DNA from: Alkalispirochaeta sp. | GTDB lineage: Bacteria > Spirochaetota > Spirochaetia > DSM-27196 > Alkalispirochaetaceae | Direction of reading: 5' to 3' | Length of the DNA stretch: 64,000 bases | NCBI GenBank assembly: GCA_965242725.1 | Contig: CBDESZ010000025.1 | Location: 352,001-416,000, forward strand | Shown here: positions 10,577-19,926 of the stretch, piece by piece | Layout of the letters: every line of letters begins with the position of its first letter | Numbering within the stretch: the first letter of the stretch is position 1 | The notes under the pieces: model-generated | The model's input: only the letters and a program-made list of their open reading frames with translations | Told to the model about the DNA's origin: nothing | The model's database searches: none | Translations under genes and position numbers: made by a program

Positions 10577-11932
10577 ATGGCCGTCGAGTTTCTTGAAAAA
10601 TACCAGGCCCTGGTGGATCACACCGAGACGATAAAGCAGATCGGACGTGTTCAGTCGGTGCAGGGTCTGAAAATCGAGAGTTTTGGCCCGCCCGCCCGTG
10701 TGGGAGAGCTGTGTCAGATCGTCATCGAACGTACGGGCCGGACGGTTCTGGCCGAGGTCGTGGGCTTGAACGACAGCTACGTACAGCTTTCGCCCTATGC
10801 GGAGACCGAAGGGATTGAGGTCGGCAACCCCGTCATCGGTCTCGGCCAGTCACTTGATATTCCGGTGAGTGAAGAGCTCCTCGGACGCGTTCTGGACGGC
10901 ACCGGTTCACCCATCGACGGCAAGGGTGAAATCGGAAGCGGCGTCTATTATCCGGCACTGGCAAAGCCGCCCAACGTCCTCACACGTCGCCGCATTACCG
11001 AGCAGATCGAAACGGGCATTCGCGCCATAGACGCCCTCATTCCGACGGGGAAGGGGCAGCGTCTCGGCATATTCAGCGGTAGCGGCGTCGGGAAATCCAC
11101 CCTCATCGGTATGGTGGCCCGGAACACCTCCGCCGACGTGAACGTCATAGCCCTGATCGGAGAACGCGGACGGGAGGTCCGGGAATTCCTGGAGAACGAC
11201 CTCGGAGAAGAGGGGCTCGCCAGGAGCGTCGTCATCGTTTCCACGTCGGATACACCGGCGATGGCACGGTTGAGGGCGGCCTATGTCGCGACGGCCATCG
11301 CCGAGTTTTTCCGGGACCAGGCAAAGGACGTGCTGCTCATGTTTGACTCGGTCACGCGCTTTGCCCGGGCGCAACGGGAAATCGGACTTGCCCGGGGCGA
11401 AGGTCCCGCGTCCCGCGGTTTTCCCCCGTCGGTGGATGCGATTCTTCCCCAGCTGCTTGAGCGGTGCGGTACGAGCGAACACGGCACGATAACCGGATTC
11501 TATTCAATCCTCGTGGAAGGGGATGATCTGGATGAACCGGTATCAGATGCCGTCCGGGGGATCCTGGACGGCCACGTCGTCCTCAGTCGCGACCTTGCCG
11601 CCCGCTACCACTATCCCGCCATAGACGTTCTGGGAAGCGTGAGCCGCCTGGAGACGCGTATATGTGCGCCCTCACACCGAAAGGCGGCGGGGACGGTCAG
11701 GCGACTCCTGGCGACGTACCGGGACACTGAGGACCTGATCAATGCCGGAATATATACATCGGGCAGCAACCCCGATGTGGACGAGGCGATACGCCGGCGT
11801 CCGGAGATCAATGCCCTGCTGCAACAGGAGATAGAAGAACGCAGTTCCCTTGAAGATACGAAAGAAATGCTCTATGCCGTTGCCGGCATGGAAGAGGAGT
11901 CTCCGACGGAAGACGAGGATATCGATGCGTAA
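10577..11932 (+). CDS. fliI: Flagellar export ATPase FliI
   Basis: Walker A GSGVGKS, IGERGREV, DSVTRFA, GILDGH. Confidence 0.97.
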   Translation: MAVEFLEKYQALVDHTETIKQIGRVQSVQGLKIESFGPPARVGELCQIVIERTGRTVLAEVVGLNDSYVQLSPYAETEGIEVGNPVIGLGQSLDIPVSEELLGRVLDGTGSPIDGKGEIGSGVYYPALAKPPNVLTRRRITEQIETGIRAIDALIPTGKGQRLGIFSGSGVGKSTLIGMVARNTSADVNVIALIGERGREVREFLENDLGEEGLARSVVIVSTSDTPAMARLRAAYVATAIAEFFRDQAKDVLLMFDSVTRFARAQREIGLARGEGPASRGFPPSVDAILPQLLERCGTSEHGTITGFYSILVEGDDLDEPVSDAVRGILDGHVVLSRDLAARYHYPAIDVLGSVSRLETRICAPSHRKAAGTVRRLLATYRDTEDLINAGIYTSGSNPDVDEAIRRRPEINALLQQEIEERSSLEDTKEMLYAVAGMEEESPTEDEDIDA

Positions 11933-12368
11933 GTTTTCCTTTCGCCTTCAGTCGATTCTGGACTTGCGGCAACATGAAGAGGAACAACGCCGGCTGGAAT
12001 TGGGGGCGGCAACAAACAAACGAAATGCGATTCAGCGCGCAATTGACGAGCGGCAGGCGCTGCGACGGTCCGCGCTCATTGAGCGATCCTCCGCGGCGGA
12101 TGCCGTCGATGTGGGGTGGCGGGGTGCGGCGGAGGAGTACGCCTACCGCCTGGCCGTAGAGATGAGAAAGCTCGAGAAACAGCTCGTCACCGCCGAGGAA
12201 GAACGCGCCGCCGCCGCCGCTCGGTACGGTGAAGCGAAGCAAAAGGCTGAACTCATGCAGAAACTGCACGACAAGCGGGCGCGGGAACATATAAAAACAG
12301 AGAGAAAAGCGGAACAAAACCGACTTGATGAAGTGGCACAACACATCCACGCGCAGGGAGGACGGTAG
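11925..12368 (+). CDS. fliJ: Flagellar export protein FliJ
   Basis: MRKFSFRLQSILDLR start, coiled coil, EQNRLDE; follows fliI. Confidence 0.9.
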   Translation: MRKFSFRLQSILDLRQHEEEQRRLELGAATNKRNAIQRAIDERQALRRSALIERSSAADAVDVGWRGAAEEYAYRLAVEMRKLEKQLVTAEEERAAAAARYGEAKQKAELMQKLHDKRAREHIKTERKAEQNRLDEVAQHIHAQGGR

Positions 12369-12370
12369 AG

Positions 12371-12997
12371 ATGGCGGTACGATACAGCAAAATCGGCGCA
12401 ATTCCACAAATACTCCTTCTCATACTCCTGGTCCTCGCGCTCGTCGCGGGAGGTTTATTCTGGTTTGACTACCTGGGACTGCTGAATGTACGGGACGCAT
12501 TTCGTCCGGTCCTCGGCATCGTAGGAGCGGACGACCGGTCGGAAGCCCCCGATCCGGACGACATTCTCCTCATGGACCGGATTCGTCTTGAGAAGCTTCA
12601 GGAAGCGGTGGAACTCCGGGAGGCCGACGTCGAGAACAGTCGTCAGGCGATCGAGGAAGAACGACAGGCCCTTCTTGAACAGGAACAAATGCTCGAAGAT
12701 CGCATCCTCGAACTGGAAGAACGGGAAGTTTCGCTTAATGAACGGCTCCAACGGTACGAAAATAGAAGAGCGGTGCTTGAGCAAAACTCGCGTGATCTTA
12801 CGAGCATGCGACCTGATGACGCCGTTGAAATCCTGACGGGCTACGACGATCAACTGTTGATCGACACCCTGCGGGTAACCGAAGAGCTGGCACAGGAAGC
12901 GGGTGAATTGTCCCTCGTATCGGTGTGGCTTGCACGGTTTCCGGCGGAACGCGCGGCTGATATTCAGCGGAAGATGACCCTCAAGCCTGTAGACTAG
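12371..12997 (+). CDS. flbB: Periplasmic-flagellum collar protein FlbB
   Basis: N-terminal TM (WFDYLG), coiled coil, C-terminal PAERAADIQRKM; spirochaete position between fliJ and fliK. Confidence 0.8.
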   Translation: MAVRYSKIGAIPQILLLILLVLALVAGGLFWFDYLGLLNVRDAFRPVLGIVGADDRSEAPDPDDILLMDRIRLEKLQEAVELREADVENSRQAIEEERQALLEQEQMLEDRILELEEREVSLNERLQRYENRRAVLEQNSRDLTSMRPDDAVEILTGYDDQLLIDTLRVTEELAQEAGELSLVSVWLARFPAERAADIQRKMTLKPVD

Positions 12998-13014
12998 TAC
13001 GGGAGGTGATGTGA

Positions 13015-14592
13015 GTGCAATTAATCGGCGGTGTCGGACTTGATATCCACACCCGGTTGGCACCGAACTCCGCACCCCCTTCGTCATCTGAAGGTACTTC
13101 CTTTCAGGATTACCTCTCGGGAGTCGGAGCGGCGGAAGGACCACCTGAAAAGAAACCACAAAGGAGCGGTCAGCCCGGGCAACAATCCGGGGATGATCGC
13201 AGCTCACCGAAGAAAAAGCCCGGGGGTATAGACAGCTCCGGCGAGGATGAGGCGACCAAGAGCGCCATGCATCACGCCGAATCCGCCCGGACCGCCCGAC
13301 CGGAAGGCAGGCACAAGACGTCCGACGGTGATGATCCGGTCAAAACCGCGGCAAAGGCGTCGGGAACACGACAGACCGTGTCGGCGGCGCGGGATGACCG
13401 GGCACTTCCTGGAAAGAACGGCGAACTGCCCTCTCCCGAGACCGTGAAAACGGTAAAAGTTGACAAAAGCGGCCAGGGTTTTCCGACGGTCCTCAAGACA
13501 GGCAGCAAAGACAAAGGTATCTCCACCGTCGTTGAAGGGGCGTCGACGAAACAGGACGCACCGGCGACATCACCCGGCAATGCAGTCAGGGACGAGGGAA
13601 AGGTACATTCCGCGACTGCGGCGGCGGAGCCGACGAGTCGTACAGTCGACGCTCCCCGCGAGGGGAAGGCCGCCGATCCCGACACCCATGGATCTCCGGA
13701 AGAGGGGGCTGTCCCGTCGTCATCGGCGATGGCTGCCGCATCCGACGCAACAAAGGAGACCCACAAAAGCGCAAAGGCGTCCACCGCACTTTCCCGCGAC
13801 GGTATGACTGTGGAGAAGGGGTACGTTGGAAACACGTCGCCGGCGGGAAAAGGTGTCGGGAAGAGCCGGCTCAAGGAGACGGGAAATAGATCCGTACCCG
13901 AGGCGGCGGTCCGACAGAAGCCGGACGCTGAAAAGACGGTGCGGCGCGGCCGGGATGTCACGGACATCGAGGTCAACCTTTCACGGGAAGGCACCTCCAG
14001 GGACGCACTCGAAACATCGACGGAACCGATCACCGGCGAAGAGTGGAATGAGGAGCTCCCGGTAGAGGAGCGGTTGGACCGCATGATTTCCGCCCGCCTT
14101 GACCAACCCGCCACGGAACATACCCAGCGGCAGGTAGGGACGCATCAGGCGGCAGGAAACCTTTCCCGTCGACTCAATGGAGATCTGGGGGCAAACATCG
14201 TCCGACAGGCGAAAATCATGCTTTCTGAAGCCGATAAGGCGGAGATTCGACTGATCATCAGACCGCCCGAACTCGGCCGTGTGCGGATTAACCTCCAGAT
14301 GGAAAACGGCCATATAGCCGGACGGATTCTTGTCGATAATGGAAGCGTACGGGAAGTGATTGAACAGAATCTCCCGGCGCTACAACGGGCTTTTGCGGAA
14401 GCAGGGCTGGATGTCGGCGAGTTCGACGTTGCCAGCGGTGATCCCCGTGATCACGCCGCGTCGGACGACGACGGACGCTCCTCCCGCGGCGGAAACGCAT
14501 CGAGGGGACGCCGGGCCGACGCATTTGCGGAGAGCATCACCGTAATTGAAGTGAATGACTACAGCCACCGGCGCATCAATCTGGTGGCATAA
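13015..14592 (+). CDS. fliK: Flagellar hook-length control protein FliK
   Basis: Long low-complexity N-terminus; C-terminal IRPPELGRVRI...NLPALQRAF; precedes flgD. Confidence 0.9.
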   Translation: MQLIGGVGLDIHTRLAPNSAPPSSSEGTSFQDYLSGVGAAEGPPEKKPQRSGQPGQQSGDDRSSPKKKPGGIDSSGEDEATKSAMHHAESARTARPEGRHKTSDGDDPVKTAAKASGTRQTVSAARDDRALPGKNGELPSPETVKTVKVDKSGQGFPTVLKTGSKDKGISTVVEGASTKQDAPATSPGNAVRDEGKVHSATAAAEPTSRTVDAPREGKAADPDTHGSPEEGAVPSSSAMAAASDATKETHKSAKASTALSRDGMTVEKGYVGNTSPAGKGVGKSRLKETGNRSVPEAAVRQKPDAEKTVRRGRDVTDIEVNLSREGTSRDALETSTEPITGEEWNEELPVEERLDRMISARLDQPATEHTQRQVGTHQAAGNLSRRLNGDLGANIVRQAKIMLSEADKAEIRLIIRPPELGRVRINLQMENGHIAGRILVDNGSVREVIEQNLPALQRAFAEAGLDVGEFDVASGDPRDHAASDDDGRSSRGGNASRGRRADAFAESITVIEVNDYSHRRINLVA

Positions 14593-14604
14593 GAAGGAGC
14601 TGGA

Positions 14605-15039
14605 ATGGATATTCCGATGTCGATGAGTTCCACCGAACGCGGACGCACGCAGGCACAGGTGGAAGCATTTAACAGCGCACTGCAACGACAAGGTGGAGCG
14701 GGCCAGGAGCTCGGGCGCGATGATTTTCTCAAGATTCTTTTGACCCAACTCCAGAACCAGGATCCCACCAAACCGATGGAGGACAAGGAGTTCATCGCCC
14801 AAATGGCACAATTCTCGTCGCTGGAACAGATGAACAACATCTCCCGGGGTTTTCAGGAAATGAACTCCCTCCTGAGTTCAAATCAGGCGCTGCAGCTCCT
14901 CGGTCGAACCGTGGAAATACAGCAGGGAGAACAGCTTATTCGCGGGACGGTAACCGGCGTAACCAGCGGTGCGATGCCCGAGTTAACGGTAAATAGCGGA
15001 ACGTATCAGTATTCCGACCTTGTTCGGGTCGTTCAATAG
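14605..15039 (+). CDS. flgD: Flagellar hook assembly protein FlgD
   Basis: DDFLKILLTQLQNQDPTKPM, AQFSSLEQM. Confidence 0.97.
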   Translation: MDIPMSMSSTERGRTQAQVEAFNSALQRQGGAGQELGRDDFLKILLTQLQNQDPTKPMEDKEFIAQMAQFSSLEQMNNISRGFQEMNSLLSSNQALQLLGRTVEIQQGEQLIRGTVTGVTSGAMPELTVNSGTYQYSDLVRVVQ

Positions 15040-15050
15040 GAGGCAGCAGC

Positions 15051-16463
15051 ATGATGCGATCATTGTATTCCGGCGTATCGGGACTACAAAACCATCAGGT
15101 CCGCATGGACGTGATCGGTAACAACATTTCAAATGTCAACACCACCGGCTTCAAGCGGGGACGCGTCAATTTTCAGGACATGATCTCCCAGATGATGCAG
15201 GGGCCGGCCCGACCAAATGAGCGGGTGGGTGGTGTGAATCCCAAACAGGTGGGACTGGGAATGCAGGTTGCCTCCATCGACACGATCCATACCCAGGGCT
15301 CGCTGCAGACCACCGGGGTCAAGAGCGACGTGGCGATTCAGGGAGCGGGCTTTTTCGTCCTTCGCGCCGGCGATGAGGATTTCTTCACCCGGGCGGGTAA
15401 CTTCAACGTCGATTCCGAAGGCTTTCTCGTCAATCCGGCAAACGGCATGCGGGTGCAGGGCTGGAACGCCGAGACGGTGGACGGCCAGACTCTCATCGAT
15501 ACGTCGGCGACGGTGGAGGATCTGATCATTCCCGTGGGAAGCAAGGACCCGGCGCAGCAGACGACGGAGGTCTATCTCGCTTCAAACCTCAACAAAAATA
15601 CGCCGATCATTCCGCCCGGCGCAACGGACGCCCAGATTCAGGACGGAACGTGGACGGTTGAATACGACGTGTATGACTCCTTCGGTGGTACCCACACCCT
15701 GCGCATAGACTTTACCCGCAACCCCGACGCTGAAAACCAGTGGATCGGCACCGTCGCAATCAACCCCGAGGACGAAGAGGCGATTCCCCAACAGGTATCG
15801 GTAGGGGGCGTCGACGCCGCCGACGGAGAGACCTTCATCGTCGAGTTTGGAAACGACGGCACCCTCCTTTCCGCCCAGAACGGTGAAGGCGGTATCGCCG
15901 ACGAAGACATGATCAGTGTTCAGGTCACATACGACGTTCCGGCGACGAGTATTCCCCTCGATCCCGAGACGGGTCTGCCCCAGGACGGTCCGGTGACTCA
16001 GACATTCAATCTCAATCTCGGGGAGCAGGGCGCCTTTGTCGACTCCATGACCCAGTACGCCTCGTCAAGTTCGACGAAGGTTTTCCAGCAGAACGGATTC
16101 CCCATGGGCTATCTGGAAGACTACCGTATCGATTCCAGCGGAATCATTACGGGAATTTTTTCAAACGGAAACAACCGCTCCCTCGGACAGTTGTCGATTG
16201 CGACCTTCCGAAACCCCGGCGGGCTGGAAAAGAGCGGTGACACCAATTTCCAGGAGTCCATAAACTCGGGTATCGCCGATATCGGGACGGTGGGTGTCGC
16301 CGGCAAGGGCAATATCATCGCCGGCGCCCTGGAGATGAGCAACGTCGATCTGGCGGAGCAGTTTACCGACATGATCGTTACCCAGAGGGGCTTCCAGGCC
16401 AACAGCAAGACGATTCAGACGTCGGACCAGATGCTCCAGGAACTCTTAACACTGAAGCGATAA
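15051..16463 (+). CDS. flgE: Flagellar hook protein FlgE
   Basis: GNNISNVNTTGFK, TRAGNF, LEMSNVDLAEQFTDMIVTQRGFQAN. Confidence 0.98.
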   Translation: MMRSLYSGVSGLQNHQVRMDVIGNNISNVNTTGFKRGRVNFQDMISQMMQGPARPNERVGGVNPKQVGLGMQVASIDTIHTQGSLQTTGVKSDVAIQGAGFFVLRAGDEDFFTRAGNFNVDSEGFLVNPANGMRVQGWNAETVDGQTLIDTSATVEDLIIPVGSKDPAQQTTEVYLASNLNKNTPIIPPGATDAQIQDGTWTVEYDVYDSFGGTHTLRIDFTRNPDAENQWIGTVAINPEDEEAIPQQVSVGGVDAADGETFIVEFGNDGTLLSAQNGEGGIADEDMISVQVTYDVPATSIPLDPETGLPQDGPVTQTFNLNLGEQGAFVDSMTQYASSSSTKVFQQNGFPMGYLEDYRIDSSGIITGIFSNGNNRSLGQLSIATFRNPGGLEKSGDTNFQESINSGIADIGTVGVAGKGNIIAGALEMSNVDLAEQFTDMIVTQRGFQANSKTIQTSDQMLQELLTLKR

Positions 16464-16483
16464 TGGGAGTATTTTAGGAGAGC

Positions 16484-16681
16484 ATGATACTATTGACGAG
16501 ACTTGACGGCCGTGAGTTCTATCTCAATCCCCATCAGATTGAATACATAGAGCTGAATCCGGATACGACGTTAATCATGCTCTCCGGGAAACGGTTGGTG
16601 GTGAAGGAAGACTACCAGACGATCCTTGAACGGATTGTCACGTACCGCAAGGAATTGAGCGTGTACAACAATGAGGAGTAG
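16484..16681 (+). CDS. flbD: Flagellar FlbD family protein
   Basis: MILLTRLDG...LNPHQIEYIE..PDT; 65 aa between flgE and motA. Confidence 0.92.
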   Translation: MILLTRLDGREFYLNPHQIEYIELNPDTTLIMLSGKRLVVKEDYQTILERIVTYRKELSVYNNEE

Positions 16682-16687
16682 GAACCG

Positions 16688-17473
16688 GTGGATTTAGGAA
16701 CAGTACTTGGGCTTGTCGTCGGTTTTGTCATGGTCGCCATGGGTATCATCCTCGGCGGCGTCGGTATCGGACCGTACATAAGCATTGACTCAGTTCTCAT
16801 TACACTCCTCGGCTCATTTGGCGCCATGATGGTTGCCAACCCCCTGGCCCGGATTCTCGGGGTCGGTTCCTATTTGAGACACGCCTTTACCACCACGAAC
16901 TGGAATGAAGAAGAGCTGATCAGTCAGCTCGTCGGTTTTTCAGATCGCGCCCGCAAGGAGGGGCTTCTCGCGCTTGAGGACAATCTCGACGCGGTGGAAG
17001 ACGAGTTCATGCGGAAGGGGATTCAGCTCGTCGTAGACGGAACGGACCCTGACATCATTAAGAGCATCCTCTTTGCCGACCTCGATCAGCTTCAGGCGCG
17101 GCATGAGACGGGAATCAAGATTTTTGACGACTGGTCCAAGATCGCTCCGGCATTTGGAATGATCGGAACTCTGGTAGGTCTTATCGCAATGCTTGGGAAC
17201 ATCGGTGGTGACTCCTCCGCAATCGGTCGCGGTATGCAGACCGCTCTTGTCACCACATTATACGGATCATTCTTCGCCAACCTCTTCCTCATTCCCGTGA
17301 AGAGCAAACTTGAAGATCGCAATAACGAGGAGTCCCGCGTCAGGGAGATCGTCATTGAGGGAATACTCTCCATTCAGAGCGGAGACAATCCCCGTATCCT
17401 CCTGGAAAAACTCGTTTCGTTCCTGCCTCCCGGACAGCGACAGGCGGTACGCCAGGAAAGCGGCGGGGATTGA
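16688..17473 (+). CDS. motA: Flagellar stator protein MotA
   Basis: ARKEGLLALE, APAFGMIGTLVGLI, ALVTTLYG. Confidence 0.97.
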   Translation: MDLGTVLGLVVGFVMVAMGIILGGVGIGPYISIDSVLITLLGSFGAMMVANPLARILGVGSYLRHAFTTTNWNEEELISQLVGFSDRARKEGLLALEDNLDAVEDEFMRKGIQLVVDGTDPDIIKSILFADLDQLQARHETGIKIFDDWSKIAPAFGMIGTLVGLIAMLGNIGGDSSAIGRGMQTALVTTLYGSFFANLFLIPVKSKLEDRNNEESRVREIVIEGILSIQSGDNPRILLEKLVSFLPPGQRQAVRQESGGD

Positions 17474-17497
17474 TCGATGATCGGGTAAGAAACGACT

Positions 17498-18233
17498 ATG
17501 GCAGCAGAGCGAAATAAATGCAAAAAATGTCCCCCCCGAAGGCGCACCGGACTACATGTTGACCTACGGGGACATGGTTACGCTCCTTCTCACCTTTTTT
17601 GTCATGCTCCTGACCACGGCTACCATCGATGGTCACGAGCTTCGACTCATTCTGGCGGCCTTTCCCGGTCTGGGAAACCTTGAAGGGGGTAACACCCTGG
17701 AGGCGGGGCCGCTTGCGGAGCTGGGAAATACGATAGAGACGCTGCCCTCCATGGAACGGGGACGGGCGCTGGACGAGGCACGGCGACAGGCGGTAAGCAT
17801 TTTCAACCCGGAGATCCAGTCCCAGCAGGTCCGCGTACAGGAGGATGAACGGGGGCTCGTCATTTCTCTCGCGTCGGACGCCTTTTTCGGCCCCGCCAGT
17901 GCGGAGGTCAATATCGAGCAGACCAGGGAAATCCTGCAGAAACTTGCCCGGTTATTGAACAACGACTCCCTTGACGACCGGACGTTCCGCATTGAAGGGC
18001 ATACCGACGCGGTCCCGACCGATCCCGACGGGCCGTGGCCGTCAAACTGGGACCTCTCCGTTGCACGCTCCCTGAATGTGTTTAAATACCTCCAGGAGTT
18101 CGGCGTCGACGAGACACAGTTTCAGGTCATGGGGCTCGGTGATACGCGACCCATGTACGATAACAGCACCGCCGAGGGCCGGGCGTATAATCGGCGGGTA
18201 GATGTGATTATTTTGACCGAGGGTCATTTGTGA
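17498..18233 (+). CDS. motB: Flagellar stator protein MotB, with a +1 frameshift near the 5' end (C7 tract 17531-17537)
   Basis: MAAERNKCKKCPP (frame of 17498) joins EGAPDYMLTYGDMVTLL (frame of 17556) if one C is removed; OmpA-like domain IEGHTD, NWDLSVAR, NRRVD. Confidence 0.9.
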
Positions 18234-18259
18234 CCGTCGGAGGACCAAGGAGATAAGCC

Positions 18260-18823
18260 ATGTCGGACGAAATGTTTGATGCTGAAGATGAAGGCAGAGG
18301 TGAAGAGCAACAGTCAACGACCGGCAAAAAGAAAATAGGCTTTTTACCGGCCATCGTCATAGACATTCTCAAATGGAGCGCCATCGTCATCGGCGCGATC
18401 ATCTTTATCGTGGTGGTGGTCGTCATAACCGTGCGGATGATGGGAAGCGGCAGTCAGGCTACGGCAACCCGCCTTCCACTGGAGAGTGAATACGAGGATC
18501 AGAGCGCCGAACTCCTCGACTGGTACAGTGAAGTCGGCGAGATTCGCGGGCGGACCACCGACCAGGTCGCCAGGACTTTTATTATTCTGCCCCACATCGG
18601 CTACAGCCCCGAAAATGAGGCGGTGCTCCCCGAGCTCATTCAACGACGGGTCCGTATCAAAGAGGCGATCAACATGTATTTTGCGGACCATTCCATAAAT
18701 GAGCTGGAAGGAAACGCCAACCGGACGCGGGTGAAGCGGGAACTCACGGAGCGGATAAACAGGATCATGACCAATGACATTCGGGACGTCGCATTTGACC
18801 GTTACGAATTTATAGAATTCTAG
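18260..18823 (+). CDS. fliL: Flagellar basal body-associated protein FliL
   Basis: Single TM; C-terminal ELTERINRIM; lies between motB and fliM. Confidence 0.88.
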   Translation: MSDEMFDAEDEGRGEEQQSTTGKKKIGFLPAIVIDILKWSAIVIGAIIFIVVVVVITVRMMGSGSQATATRLPLESEYEDQSAELLDWYSEVGEIRGRTTDQVARTFIILPHIGYSPENEAVLPELIQRRVRIKEAINMYFADHSINELEGNANRTRVKRELTERINRIMTNDIRDVAFDRYEFIEF

Positions 18824-18897
18824 AAAAAAGCGTTTTCATGCTTGCAAAAGGTGGAAACATGTGTAAAAAATGAGAAAGGGAGGGGGTTTATACTGGC

Positions 18898-19923
18898 ATG
18901 AATGAAGTCCTGTCGCAGGACGAAATTGATCAACTACTCACCGCAATTTCCTCAGGTGATGTCGAGACGGAAGAACGCACTCAGCCGACTGAGTCTCGAA
19001 AGATCAAGATTTATGATTTCAAGCGTCCCGACAAATTTTCAAAGGAACAGATCCGCACCGTCTCCATCATGCATGAGACCTTTGCCCGGTTGACGACCAC
19101 GGCGTTGAGCGCCCAGTTACGCAGTCTCATAAACGTCCACGTGGCAAGTGTCGATCAGCTCACCTATGAAGAATTCATTCGGTCCATCCCCAATCCGACA
19201 ACCCTCGGCGTAATAAACATGGATCCCCTCAAAGGATCTGCCATTCTGGAAGTGGATCCGGCGATTACCTTTGCAATTATCGACCGCCTCTTCGGAGGAC
19301 AGGGTGAAGGCACCAAGGTCAGTCGTGACCTTACCGATATCGAACAGACGGTCATGGAGGGGATTATCGTCCGCATATTGGGAAACATGCGGGAGGCGTG
19401 GTCTCAGGTCATCGATCTCAGGCCCCGGCTCGGTCAGATAGAAACAAATCCCCAGTTTGCCCAGATTGTCCCGCCCTCGGAAATGGTCGTCCTGGTCACC
19501 CTTGAGACGAAGGTCGGAGACGTGGAAGGGATGATGAATTTCTGTATCCCCTACCTGACGATAGAACCGATCATTTCCAAGTTGTCCGCCCAATACTGGT
19601 ATTCCTCGGTACGGCGCGGCGCAACGACTGAGAATCTCAATATCCTGCGGGAGCGTCTCGCCACGATCGAAGTGCCCATGGTCGTGGAGGTCGGATCGAT
19701 GGATCTGCAGGTGCGGGACGTGTTGGGCCTCCAGGTCGGTGACGTTATTCGTCTGCAGGGTACCCACATTCACGACAATATGGCCCTACGGGTGGGAGAC
19801 AGAAAAAAATTCTGGTGCAAGCCGGGACAGATAGGAAACAAGCTCGCCGTTCAGGTCATCAGGATGATCGAAGAGGTACAGGAAGAGGAATTTGAAGAGC
19901 TTGTGGCGGAAGAAGGAGAGTAA
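18898..19923 (+). CDS. fliM: Flagellar motor switch protein FliM
   Basis: LSQDEIDQLL, YDFKRPDKFSKEQ. Confidence 0.98.
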   Translation: MNEVLSQDEIDQLLTAISSGDVETEERTQPTESRKIKIYDFKRPDKFSKEQIRTVSIMHETFARLTTTALSAQLRSLINVHVASVDQLTYEEFIRSIPNPTTLGVINMDPLKGSAILEVDPAITFAIIDRLFGGQGEGTKVSRDLTDIEQTVMEGIIVRILGNMREAWSQVIDLRPRLGQIETNPQFAQIVPPSEMVVLVTLETKVGDVEGMMNFCIPYLTIEPIISKLSAQYWYSSVRRGATTENLNILRERLATIEVPMVVEVGSMDLQVRDVLGLQVGDVIRLQGTHIHDNMALRVGDRKKFWCKPGQIGNKLAVQVIRMIEEVQEEEFEELVAEEGE

Positions 19924-19926
19924 GGA

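Noticed and set aside
17498..17683. 61-aa ORF as an independent gene
   Set aside because: It is the frameshifted 5' end of motB.
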